This document shows, one piece after another, positions 19,311 to 27,289 of a DNA stretch of 64,000 bases (position 1 is its first letter; every line of letters begins with the position of its first letter). The stretch comes from Paludibacteraceae bacterium (GTDB lineage Bacteria > Bacteroidota > Bacteroidia > Bacteroidales > Paludibacteraceae), in assembly GCA_045132415.1 (NCBI GenBank), contig JBGUSG010000003.1, positions 106,004-170,003 of the forward strand, read 5' to 3'. Under the pieces are notes generated by a model, which had not been told where the DNA came from, did no database searches, and worked only from the letters and a program-made list of their open reading frames with translations. Made by a program: the position numbers and the translations under genes.

Positions 19311-20921
19311 CTATTGTTGTAAGAAAAGATTTAGTTTTTCTTCGGGTGTAGAGGCAATTTTTAAAGCTTTTTCTAAATCTTTTGTATTTGAATCTCGCCC
19401 TTCATACATCACATCTATCACTGAAATAAATTGTTTTACACCCTCTTGATATTCATCTATAGTAGATGTTTTTACTTTATTGTAGAGATTATCTGCAACT
19501 TCTATATAAGCATTATACAAATATTTCTTCTTGTTGCATTTCGTGGTGCAATTTTCATTAGTGAATTTCGGCCTTTTGGATGAAGATACAGATAATCGTC
19601 CTTCGTTGTATGTTGAATTTGTATAACCCGATGATATGCAGTATATCTTATCCATATTCTTGTTTAGTTGTTCACATACTATTTCTAACTGTTCTATAGT
19701 CTTTGCTACATCCGTATCGTTTAGTCGTTGTAAATAGTCGCTCATTGTCTTAACTATTTCATCTGTTAAGTCTTCATCTCCTTTTCCGCCATAATCATAT
19801 TTATGAAACTCTAAACTATTAATAGTTTCTTTTATAACATTCAAATGCTTGTTAAACATACCAAATAGTAAACTATCTACGGCTTCATTTAAGACTACTG
19901 GATGCACAATGCCATCCATGGTATAGTAATTATCCATTGGTTTCAAATAGAAGCGTGCACGTTTGTATTTCTCAAGGATATTTTTGGCTTGCGAATATGC
20001 AGAGAAATAAGTGTCTTTGCGTTTACGAATAAGTTCTTGTTCTATTTTCTGCTTTTCTTGGACCTGTTCTTTCGCTCTTATGTAATGAGAGTGCAATGTA
20101 TCTTTATCGATCTGAGATAAATAGTAAGAGTTTACGATATTGCTTTCAATATATAGAATTTCATTTAGATTAGTACCTTGATACTGCATCATAAATTGAT
20201 ATTCAGGTATGTCTTTTAAATTATCATAAGGATTGTCCACATAGCGAGGCAAATTTACTATGTATTTTTCCATACCACCATTATTATCTGATGGGAAATC
20301 AAACATAATAAAGTATCCTTTTATTTCTTGCAAATTAGCATTTGGTGTATTTGCTGGCAAAATATTCTTATATCGTTTGACCTCGCTAGATTCACCAATA
20401 TATCGTAATTCTTCTTGTACAAGTTGTCTTGATCGTTCTGTAATAACTAGTTCAGAATCATCTATTAAGATACCATTTATAGCATGAGCACAGAAATTAT
20501 TTTCCACTCCCCAAGGTCCTTGATAAGTGACATTAATCTCTCCCGTCATATATCCATTGAACATATCAACACTAAAATTATCCAACATTTTATCAGAGAG
20601 AACCCAACGAACCTCTTTGTCAGTAGCCAAAGTAAAATATGCTTTATAAACATTCCAATCACAAGAATATGTAAGTCTTCCGTGTAGTAATCCATCTTTA
20701 TAATTACAATTTAATGTCTTATTTACTTTGTAATCATCTCTGTTCTCTTTCCAAACAATTGTATATTTTCCGTGTCTAATTTCTTCTCCTTGCTCGTTCA
20801 CATAATAACTATATGTGCGTGTTGTCGTCTGGTTAATCTTTTCGGTTTTTGTTTGGGTCGTTTGTGCGCTTGCAGAGATTGTTGCTAACGCTAATGCCAT
20901 TAGAATAAAAGTTCTTTTCAT
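19311..20921 (-). CDS. secreted hypothetical protein, 536 aa, AT-rich gene
   Basis: Signal peptide MKRTFILMALALATISASAQ (start moved to 20921). The N-terminal region has a MORN/YwqK-like flavour (GKYTIVWKEN...YKDGLLHGRLTY). The rest is helical and Lys/Glu/Asn-rich with no motif I recognise. Confidence 0.6.
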   Translation of the reverse strand: MKRTFILMALALATISASAQTTQTKTEKINQTTTRTYSYYVNEQGEEIRHGKYTIVWKENRDDYKVNKTLNCNYKDGLLHGRLTYSCDWNVYKAYFTLATDKEVRWVLSDKMLDNFSVDMFNGYMTGEINVTYQGPWGVENNFCAHAINGILIDDSELVITERSRQLVQEELRYIGESSEVKRYKNILPANTPNANLQEIKGYFIMFDFPSDNNGGMEKYIVNLPRYVDNPYDNLKDIPEYQFMMQYQGTNLNEILYIESNIVNSYYLSQIDKDTLHSHYIRAKEQVQEKQKIEQELIRKRKDTYFSAYSQAKNILEKYKRARFYLKPMDNYYTMDGIVHPVVLNEAVDSLLFGMFNKHLNVIKETINSLEFHKYDYGGKGDEDLTDEIVKTMSDYLQRLNDTDVAKTIEQLEIVCEQLNKNMDKIYCISSGYTNSTYNEGRLSVSSSKRPKFTNENCTTKCNKKKYLYNAYIEVADNLYNKVKTSTIDEYQEGVKQFISVIDVMYEGRDSNTKDLEKALKIASTPEEKLNLFLQQ

Positions 20922-20940
20922 GATTTTGATATTTAGATGG

Positions 20941-21492
20941 TTAATGAATTCCAATTAGTGGTTCGTATTTGCGAGCGAGTTCTGTCTCAAAAATCTCTTG
21001 TACAGGTATCACGTCGTATGGTAAAACTATGATGTGCAAGCGAAGTTGCAGATTCATTGCTTTTGCCCAATCATTGAGTTGCAAACCATGCGATGCTTGA
21101 TTTAGGTGATAGCCGAGATGTTGAATAACTCTGCCGACAATATGCTGCTGCACTTTGCCCACATAAAGCGTATTTTCTCTTGTTACTGCTTTTTTTAGTA
21201 CACGAGGTGTATATTTGGGCAATTGACTGACGGTTTGTTTGATTTGTTCTGCATCATAGGGCGACGTAATCTCCCAACGATACAAGCAAGGCAATTCATC
21301 TACTTCGGCTAATCGCTCAAACATCATTTTGAAAGGTGTTGAATAGCGGACATCTTCTAAGTTACGGTATTTGTCTTCGAAATCTTTGCTGTCAATTTCA
21401 AAAGACATTTCTTTTACAATACCGATCTCTGCGAGATGGTGAAAACGAGCACTGTACAAATCTGCGATTTCACGAACAAAATCTTTTTCCAT
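20941..21492 (-). CDS. hypothetical protein with GIY-YIG-like C-terminal half
   Basis: 183 aa. CLYRWEI...(~35 aa)...TLYVGKVQQHIVGRVIQHLG...ETELARKY resembles the GIY / YIG / Arg / Glu layout of GIY-YIG nucleases. The assignment is by eye only. Confidence 0.45.
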   Translation of the reverse strand: MEKDFVREIADLYSARFHHLAEIGIVKEMSFEIDSKDFEDKYRNLEDVRYSTPFKMMFERLAEVDELPCLYRWEITSPYDAEQIKQTVSQLPKYTPRVLKKAVTRENTLYVGKVQQHIVGRVIQHLGYHLNQASHGLQLNDWAKAMNLQLRLHIIVLPYDVIPVQEIFETELARKYEPLIGIH

Positions 21493-21514
21493 AATTGTAG
21501 TGATTTATGAGTTG

Positions 21515-21748
21515 TTGATATATATACACGAAAAAGCGTGAACTTTCGTTCGCTTCAATTTGATTTTCTGAGGTTCTCGACTACCTTACTTATTCAAATC
21601 TACGCACGGAAAACTCACGCTGAAAGCATGAGCGTGCATAAACCGTACTTGAATAAGTAATGATTTCTTGAAAGTGTCGAGTTTTCAGAAAATCAAGTTT
21701 GGGCTTATAACGCTATATTAAATATGTCGGGCAACGGATCGTTGCGGA
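21515..21748 (-). ncRNA. E1: member of a structured non-coding element family (5' hairpin + ~145-nt extended hairpin + GC hairpin/T5)
   Basis: Its reverse complement aligns with 31950-32178 along the full length. Stems: TTGATTTTCTGA/TCAGAAAATCAA, CTCGAC/GTCGAG, TTACTTATTCAA/TTGAATAAGTAA. Terminator AGCGAACGAAAGTTCACGCTTTTT (minus sense) at 21531-21556. No conserved ORF. Confidence 0.5.
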
Positions 21749-21806
21749 TTAACTATAAACTATGAGTGATGAGTGATAAGTAAATTAGGGGGTTAGTATT
21801 GTTTGG

Positions 21807-22655
21807 TTATTTCAATTCTTTTGCTTTAGTATCTTCTATTGGATGGATGTAATCACTTGCTTTATCAGGTGAGATAATGCTATGCCCTAAGCCTTGCTCA
21901 ATATTCTCGCGAGCAACACGCGCAGCATTACCTCCTTGCTTCGCTACACGCTGATTAGCAGCCATACCTTTAGGGTTGTATTGCTTAGAGAATTCCGCCG
22001 TAGCTGCCTCTGCCAAAGTATTAAGAGCCAACTCCAGATTAGTCATATTATCACGCAAGTTTTCTTTCCTCAATCCTTTGAATCGCTTATATTCACGTGT
22101 TGTCTTACCACTCCATGCTTTCGTGATAATATCTGTTAGCATAGCAAATTCTTTGCCTTCTTGTATTCCTCCACGCTTCCACTCATCAGTCAACTCTTTG
22201 CGTGTTTCAATGGATTTTACACGTTGGTTAATCCAATTGTCAGAATATCCTAATCTACGATAATCAGCAATAGCTTGGTGGATACTGAGTTCTGGGTCTT
22301 GCAATTGATCTATACGCTGACGTCCTATTTCAGCAAGCCATAACTTAAATGGTTCAGCTTTTTTGGAAGGGATAGATTGTATCAAACGCAGAATTTGCTC
22401 AGTATCAGCCACATCTGTAAGGTATTTCTTTCCATCTGCAGCGGGCATTTTCAGTTGACTACAATTTGTAGCCAACTCACTACCTTCCTTTTTTAGGCGA
22501 GTCTTAAGAACGCTCCAGTACTTTCGAGCATTAGGCGTATCTGTCAGTACTTGCACTACATCAACGACCGAGAAGAAATACTTCTCCTGTTCGTCATCCC
22601 AAATCACGCGTATTTGGCGATCTTCGAATAACTGTATAGCATTATATTCTTGCAT
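21807..22655 (-). CDS. Bro-N domain protein, DinD-like (DNA-damage-inducible protein D family)
   Basis: 282 aa. The N-terminus FEDRQIRVIWDDEQEKYFFSVVDVVQVLTD...ARKYW is a Bro-N domain, and the overall length and order match E. coli DinD-type proteins. Confidence 0.7.
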   Translation of the reverse strand: MQEYNAIQLFEDRQIRVIWDDEQEKYFFSVVDVVQVLTDTPNARKYWSVLKTRLKKEGSELATNCSQLKMPAADGKKYLTDVADTEQILRLIQSIPSKKAEPFKLWLAEIGRQRIDQLQDPELSIHQAIADYRRLGYSDNWINQRVKSIETRKELTDEWKRGGIQEGKEFAMLTDIITKAWSGKTTREYKRFKGLRKENLRDNMTNLELALNTLAEAATAEFSKQYNPKGMAANQRVAKQGGNAARVARENIEQGLGHSIISPDKASDYIHPIEDTKAKELK

Positions 22656-22688
22656 GACAATTTACGAGTTACAATGTACGATTACAAA

Positions 22689-22983
22689 CTATCTCTTAAT
22701 TTCCTGGGCTAACTTGGCTTGCTGAAGCATTTGCACTTGCTTCAAGGCTTGTTCGCGCGTAGCAGCTGACGAGGTATGCCCCAATGAGCATCTCACCTGC
22801 GCAGCAGAGACCTGCATGCTCCGCTTGATTGAATTGAGTAAGGTTTGTTTTTCCATTGAGTATGTCGTTTGTGAAATTATCAATAAGTTGTGTTGTTTGC
22901 TCTGAAAATCCGTTATCACGAATAGCAGCATAGATTAATTCGATGCTTATTGGTGATGCGCTATTCAATAGTTCTTTTGACAT
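22689..22983 (-). pseudogene. small hypothetical gene, possibly frameshifted
   Basis: Two overlapping minus-strand ORFs (22696..22983 and 22689..22931). The first has a plausible N-terminus (MSKELLNSASPISIELIYAAIRDNGF...) and a -7 box (TATCTTTG, minus, ~23013-23020). The second has the more protein-like C-terminus (...TREQALKQVQMLQQAKLAQEIKR). Confidence 0.35.
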
Positions 22984-23116
22984 GATTTTCTTTGCAATTT
23001 ACAATTCCGCTCGCAAAGATACACTTTTTTTTCGAGATGTGCAAGAAAAATCGTTTTTTGAGGTGATTTTTCTGGTGTAGGATGTAAAGTGTAGGGTATA
23101 GAGGCGAGAAATGTAA

Positions 23117-23424
23117 GTCAACGGTTTCAGGAATGGAGTCAACTTTTTTAGGATGGGAGACAACTTTTTTAGGTTCTCAATCTTAACAAAAGTCACTTTT
23201 GGGAGGCGAGGAGTTGTGCCGCTCTTCTCTCGCTCTTCTCTCGGTCGTCGGTCGGTGGAATAAGGCAAGGTATAAGAGAGGTAAAAGAGACGGCAATCTT
23301 AACAAACAGCACTTTTTGGTGGTTGGGAGTTCTTTGGTTCTTCTTTGGTTTCTCCTTGGTCTTTAGCCCGAGGAAGAAAGGGAGGGTACAAAGGAAGGTA
23401 ATCTTAACAAATAGCACTTTTTGC
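23117..23424. repeat. composite direct-repeat region (3 x 21 nt, then 3 copies of AATCTTAACAAANAGCACTTTTTG ~105-116 bp apart)
   Basis: 21-mers at 23117-23137, 23138-23158 and 23159-23179. Long-period motif at 23178-23203, 23294-23319 and 23399-23424, separated by G-rich then CT-rich low-complexity tracts. Confidence 0.8.
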
Positions 23425-23430
23425 ACAAGA

Positions 23431-23463
23431 CAAAAAATGCTCGGCGAATTAACGCCGAGCATT
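23431..23463 (-). terminator. intrinsic terminator of tkt
   Basis: AATGCTCGGCG-AATTAA-CGCCGAGCATT with a T-run on the minus strand (CAAAAAA on plus). Confidence 0.8.
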
Positions 23464-23494
23464 AAACTTGTCGCCTTTGCGATGTGATTACTTA

Positions 23495-25504
23495 TCAGAG
23501 CAACTTCTTTACTTGGTCGTACACGTTTTGTGCGGTGAAGCCGAGTTTCTCATCGAGCACTTTGTATGGCGCAGAGAAGCCGAAGGAGTTGAGTCCCCAA
23601 ACGGTACCGTGCTCGCCTACAAGGCCTTCGAGGTTGCATGGCAGACCGGCGGTGAGGCCAAAGCGAGCTATGCCTTGTGGCAATACCTCTGCTTGATACT
23701 CTTTGCTTTGTTGACGGAAGATAGCCTCTGAAGGAACGCTCACGATTTGGAGGCGAATACCCTCAGCACGAAGGAGTTCAGCACCTGCCATAAGGGTAGA
23801 AACCTCGCTACCTGAAGCAATCATCACCACTTGTGGGTTTTCATCTTTGCTCACGATATACGCACCTTTCTTCACGCCTGCCTCTGATGTGTTAGGCACA
23901 GAAGTAACGTCTTGGCGAGAGAGGATAAGGGCGGTAGGAGTGTAGATATTCTCCATTGCCATCTTCCATGCAGCGGTAGTCTCCTCGGCATCAGCAGGAC
24001 GGAGTACCATCACGCTTGGACGGCCAGAGTGGTTGTGGAGTTTCTCCATGAGGCGGATTTGTGCCTCTTGCTCTACAGGCTCATGGGTAGGACCATCTTC
24101 ACCTACGCGGAAAGCATCGTGGCTCCAAACGAACATCATCTGAATCTCCATCAATGCTGCCATGCGGATAGCAGGTTTCATATAGTCAGAGAATACGAAG
24201 AAGGTTCCGCAAGCAGGAATAATACCGCCGTGGAGTGCCATACCGATGCAGACGCAAGCCATGGTGAGCTCGCTTACACCAGATTGGAGGAAACGACCTG
24301 TGAAGTCATCGGCTGTGATGACATGGGTATGCTTGAGGAAGCCGTCGGTCTTGTCTGAGTTGCAAAGGTCGGCGGAGGATACAATCATGTTGCCGACATG
24401 CTCAGAGAGGAAGGAGAGGGCAGAAGCGGAAGCGGTACGGGTTGCGACATTGTCTTTTTGTTGGAGCAGACTCCAGTCAAGGCAAGGTGTCTCGCCGCTC
24501 ATAAAGGTCTCGTACTCGTTGGCAGCCAATGGATTAGCCTCTTTCCACTCGTGGTAAGCCGCATAGCGTTGGTTGGTTATCTCGCGAAGTTCCTCAGCGC
24601 GTTTATCGAAGAGCGCTTGTACGTCAGGGAAGATTTGGAATGGGTTCTCAGGGTCGCCACCAAGGTTCTTGATAGTAGCCTCGAAGCTTGCGCCAGACTT
24701 GCTGAGTGGTTGACCGTGAGTAGAGGTCTTGCCTTCCCAACTCTCGCCTTCAGCATTCACGCAACCCTTACCCATAGAGGTATGACCAATGATGAGCGAA
24801 GGACGGTTCTTTTCGTTTTGTGCATTGATGATGGCTTGGCGGATAGCGTCTGGATCGTGACCGTCGATGTCTTGTACATACCAACCCCATGCCTCGTACT
24901 TCATGGCTACGTTCTCAGAAGAGACCTCGTTGCAAGAAGTGGAGAGCTGAATCTCGTTGGAGTCGTAGTACATAATGAGGTTATCTAGCTTGAGGTGACC
25001 TGCCATACGGCCTGCGCCTTGGCTAATCTCCTCTTGGATACCACCATCAGAGATGAAAGCATATATGGTTGGGTTGTGGATCTCGCCGTAACGAGCATTG
25101 AACCACTTAGCTGCGATAGCTGCACCTACAGCGAAGGTGTGACCTTGACCAAGCGGACCAGAGGTGTTTTCAATGCCACGCTCTACATTACGCTCTGGGT
25201 GACCAGGAGTCGCACTTCCCCATTGACGGAGTTGCTTGAGTTCGTCCATGGTGAAGTGACCTGTCATGCAGAGTTGTGCATAGAGCATAGGTGACATGTG
25301 ACCAGGATCAAGGAAGAAACGGTCGCGCGCCTCCCAACATGGGTTCTCTGGGTCGTGGATAAGGAACTCAGAGTAAAGTACTTGTACGAAGTCTGCTCCA
25401 CTCATTGAGCCACCAGGGTGACCACTCTTGGCCTTCTCGACCATTGCTGCAGCAAGGATACGGATGTTATCTGCCGCTTTTGTCATTAGTTGTTTTGAAT
25501 TCAT
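23495..25504 (-). CDS. tkt: transketolase
   Basis: 669 aa. Contains SGHPGGSMS, the TPP-binding GDG-type region (FISDGGIQEE) and the THEPVEQ motif. Confidence 0.95.
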   Translation of the reverse strand: MNSKQLMTKAADNIRILAAAMVEKAKSGHPGGSMSGADFVQVLYSEFLIHDPENPCWEARDRFFLDPGHMSPMLYAQLCMTGHFTMDELKQLRQWGSATPGHPERNVERGIENTSGPLGQGHTFAVGAAIAAKWFNARYGEIHNPTIYAFISDGGIQEEISQGAGRMAGHLKLDNLIMYYDSNEIQLSTSCNEVSSENVAMKYEAWGWYVQDIDGHDPDAIRQAIINAQNEKNRPSLIIGHTSMGKGCVNAEGESWEGKTSTHGQPLSKSGASFEATIKNLGGDPENPFQIFPDVQALFDKRAEELREITNQRYAAYHEWKEANPLAANEYETFMSGETPCLDWSLLQQKDNVATRTASASALSFLSEHVGNMIVSSADLCNSDKTDGFLKHTHVITADDFTGRFLQSGVSELTMACVCIGMALHGGIIPACGTFFVFSDYMKPAIRMAALMEIQMMFVWSHDAFRVGEDGPTHEPVEQEAQIRLMEKLHNHSGRPSVMVLRPADAEETTAAWKMAMENIYTPTALILSRQDVTSVPNTSEAGVKKGAYIVSKDENPQVVMIASGSEVSTLMAGAELLRAEGIRLQIVSVPSEAIFRQQSKEYQAEVLPQGIARFGLTAGLPCNLEGLVGEHGTVWGLNSFGFSAPYKVLDEKLGFTAQNVYDQVKKLL

Positions 25505-25534
25505 GATTGTATCGTTAGTTTATTATAAGCGTTG

Positions 25535-26179
25535 TTAAAATTTATATGCGAGGTAGTAGTTAAATCCCCAATTAAAATCTTGGCGGAAACCCAAACCAGG
25601 AACGTAGTATGGCATCACTTCTCCTTCCTTGGCATTGCGGGTGAATAGGAGTTTCATACGAATATACCATCCCATCTGAAAACCCTTGTACACTTGCACC
25701 TGACAACCCGCTACTATCTCTCCCCAACAGTCAAAACGTTGCTGGTCGTAGAAGTTCAGTCGTTGTTCCCCCCAATACTCGCTGTGCAATTTGACATTCG
25801 TTAGGTCGTAGTTTTGGTACGCACCACCAAAGCGCAAACCAACCAACATGTTGTTCTCCGACGCACCTTTCTTTACCACCGCCAAATCCATACCCAAACG
25901 ACCAAAACCACCTTGCCCTTTGTGCATGCCACCATCTGCACCACGCTCCGCCATGGCATATCCTACCTCGAGAGTAGGGTAAAAGCGTTTCGCAAGGCGC
26001 ACATTCACCGCTACCTCGTAACTCTGAATCTTACCTGCTGAGCGCGCCAATTCGAGAACGGAGTTCCCAATATCCAACTTCACGCTCATACCCTGATACA
26101 CAGCTGTATCTGCATACTCGCGCGCGCTCGCGCATAATGCGAGGCAACAGAGGGATACTATGAGCAACAGTCTATTCAT
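25535..26179 (-). CDS. hypothetical outer-membrane beta-barrel-like protein
   Basis: Signal peptide MNRLLLIVSLCCLALCASA (start moved from 26227 to 26179), alternating beta-strand pattern, C-terminal ...YYLAYKF. Confidence 0.6.
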   Translation of the reverse strand: MNRLLLIVSLCCLALCASAREYADTAVYQGMSVKLDIGNSVLELARSAGKIQSYEVAVNVRLAKRFYPTLEVGYAMAERGADGGMHKGQGGFGRLGMDLAVVKKGASENNMLVGLRFGGAYQNYDLTNVKLHSEYWGEQRLNFYDQQRFDCWGEIVAGCQVQVYKGFQMGWYIRMKLLFTRNAKEGEVMPYYVPGLGFRQDFNWGFNYYLAYKF

Positions 26180-26696
26180 GCAGGTAAATACACAGATTGT
26201 CTTGAGCCACGGATTCCACACTCGCATTAATGATACTTACGCTGTCCACGCGCGGGTCACTTGACCATGCTGCAGTAATGGTGTGATATACCGCACAACC
26301 ACAAGCCATGCTGATAAACTGCTGACGAGGGGTGTGCTGAATATAGAGTGTATCTATTTGGTTGTGATAGAGCATCAGGTAGGCTGTCAGATTGGCGTCA
26401 GGTCGCAACTCTAGTCCCATGACTTTGACACCCTTACCTTGCATACCAATGTCGCTACCGATGCCCACAACGGCAATGCTATCCCATTGAGCGTAGTATG
26501 CGGTGTCGCCTGCCGAAGTAATCGAATCAGCGGATAATGTGATTTGTACCGCTGAGTCCAACTCTTGGTGGCAAGTGGTGTCAGGCTCGCAAGCAGCTAA
26601 TAGGGAACAAAGAATAAGGAATAAAGAGCACAGACGAATATGCTTCGTCTGTCGTAAGAGGAACTGATATGTCTTGATTCTTTGCTCTTGGTTCAT
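26172..26696 (-). CDS. hypothetical lipoprotein
   Basis: 174 aa with lipobox LILCSLLAAC. It overlaps the downstream gene by 8 nt, implying an operon. Confidence 0.6.
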   Translation of the reverse strand: MNQEQRIKTYQFLLRQTKHIRLCSLFLILCSLLAACEPDTTCHQELDSAVQITLSADSITSAGDTAYYAQWDSIAVVGIGSDIGMQGKGVKVMGLELRPDANLTAYLMLYHNQIDTLYIQHTPRQQFISMACGCAVYHTITAAWSSDPRVDSVSIINASVESVAQDNLCIYLHE

Positions 26697-26699
26697 GAC

Positions 26700-27212
26700 T
26701 CACAATAATGTCTTCGCCTCGTTTTTGAGTGCTTGCAGCGCAATATCATTGGGCGTATCACCATTGGTGCGATAGGCTGTGATGAGTGTTTTAGCGTAGT
26801 CCAAAGCGCTGCTCCCAACTGGCATCTGTTGTGCAATGCTATTCACAAAAGCCACTGTCTGTTGCTTGGCGTTGTCAATCAAACCCCACACCTCGTCACT
26901 TACATAAATCTGTTGGCTGAGGTTATGGTCATACTCTTGGCGGATGGTCTGCATCAGATGTGCTTGCACTTGCAGGGGAGTCATTTCCGCCAGATTGAGA
27001 TCAATGAGCATATGCTCTGGCGTAGTACGCTCCAGCAGCAATGACAGACGCTCATATGCGCGCACACGAATGGGCGAAATCTCTTTTTGTGAAAGTCTTT
27101 TCAATTCCCAAAGACGCTTTTCTTCCTCGTTTTTATAAAACTTATGCATCACAAACCATGTCGCCAAAAGCACGCAAAGGGCAGGAATGCAATATCTTAA
27201 AATCTCTACCAT
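26700..27212 (-). CDS. hypothetical membrane-anchored protein
   Basis: One N-terminal TM helix followed by a helical domain. The track start (27242, TTG) lies inside the -7 box TAACTTTG (27240-27247, minus), so I use ATG 27212. Confidence 0.55.
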   Translation of the reverse strand: MVEILRYCIPALCVLLATWFVMHKFYKNEEEKRLWELKRLSQKEISPIRVRAYERLSLLLERTTPEHMLIDLNLAEMTPLQVQAHLMQTIRQEYDHNLSQQIYVSDEVWGLIDNAKQQTVAFVNSIAQQMPVGSSALDYAKTLITAYRTNGDTPNDIALQALKNEAKTLL

Positions 27213-27289
27213 AATCACAAAGTTATCCAAATTATCGTGCAAAGTTACTGTTTTTTTTGCATATATGCAAGAAAAAACGGTATTTTTGT

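Noticed and set aside
21515-21748. E elements as 6S RNA, or as the terminal inverted repeats of an IS or transposon.
   Set aside because: Three paralogous copies in 64 kb, plus a separate 5' hairpin and 3' terminator, do not fit a single-copy 6S gene. No transposase lies between or beside the copies, and the complementarity runs through the whole element rather than only its termini. A MITE-like origin cannot be excluded and is noted in the findings.
21807-22655. A prophage inferred from the Bro-N domain gene.
   Set aside because: No other phage-type genes (integrase, terminase, capsid, tail, repressor) are present in the window. The length and architecture fit the chromosomal DinD type.
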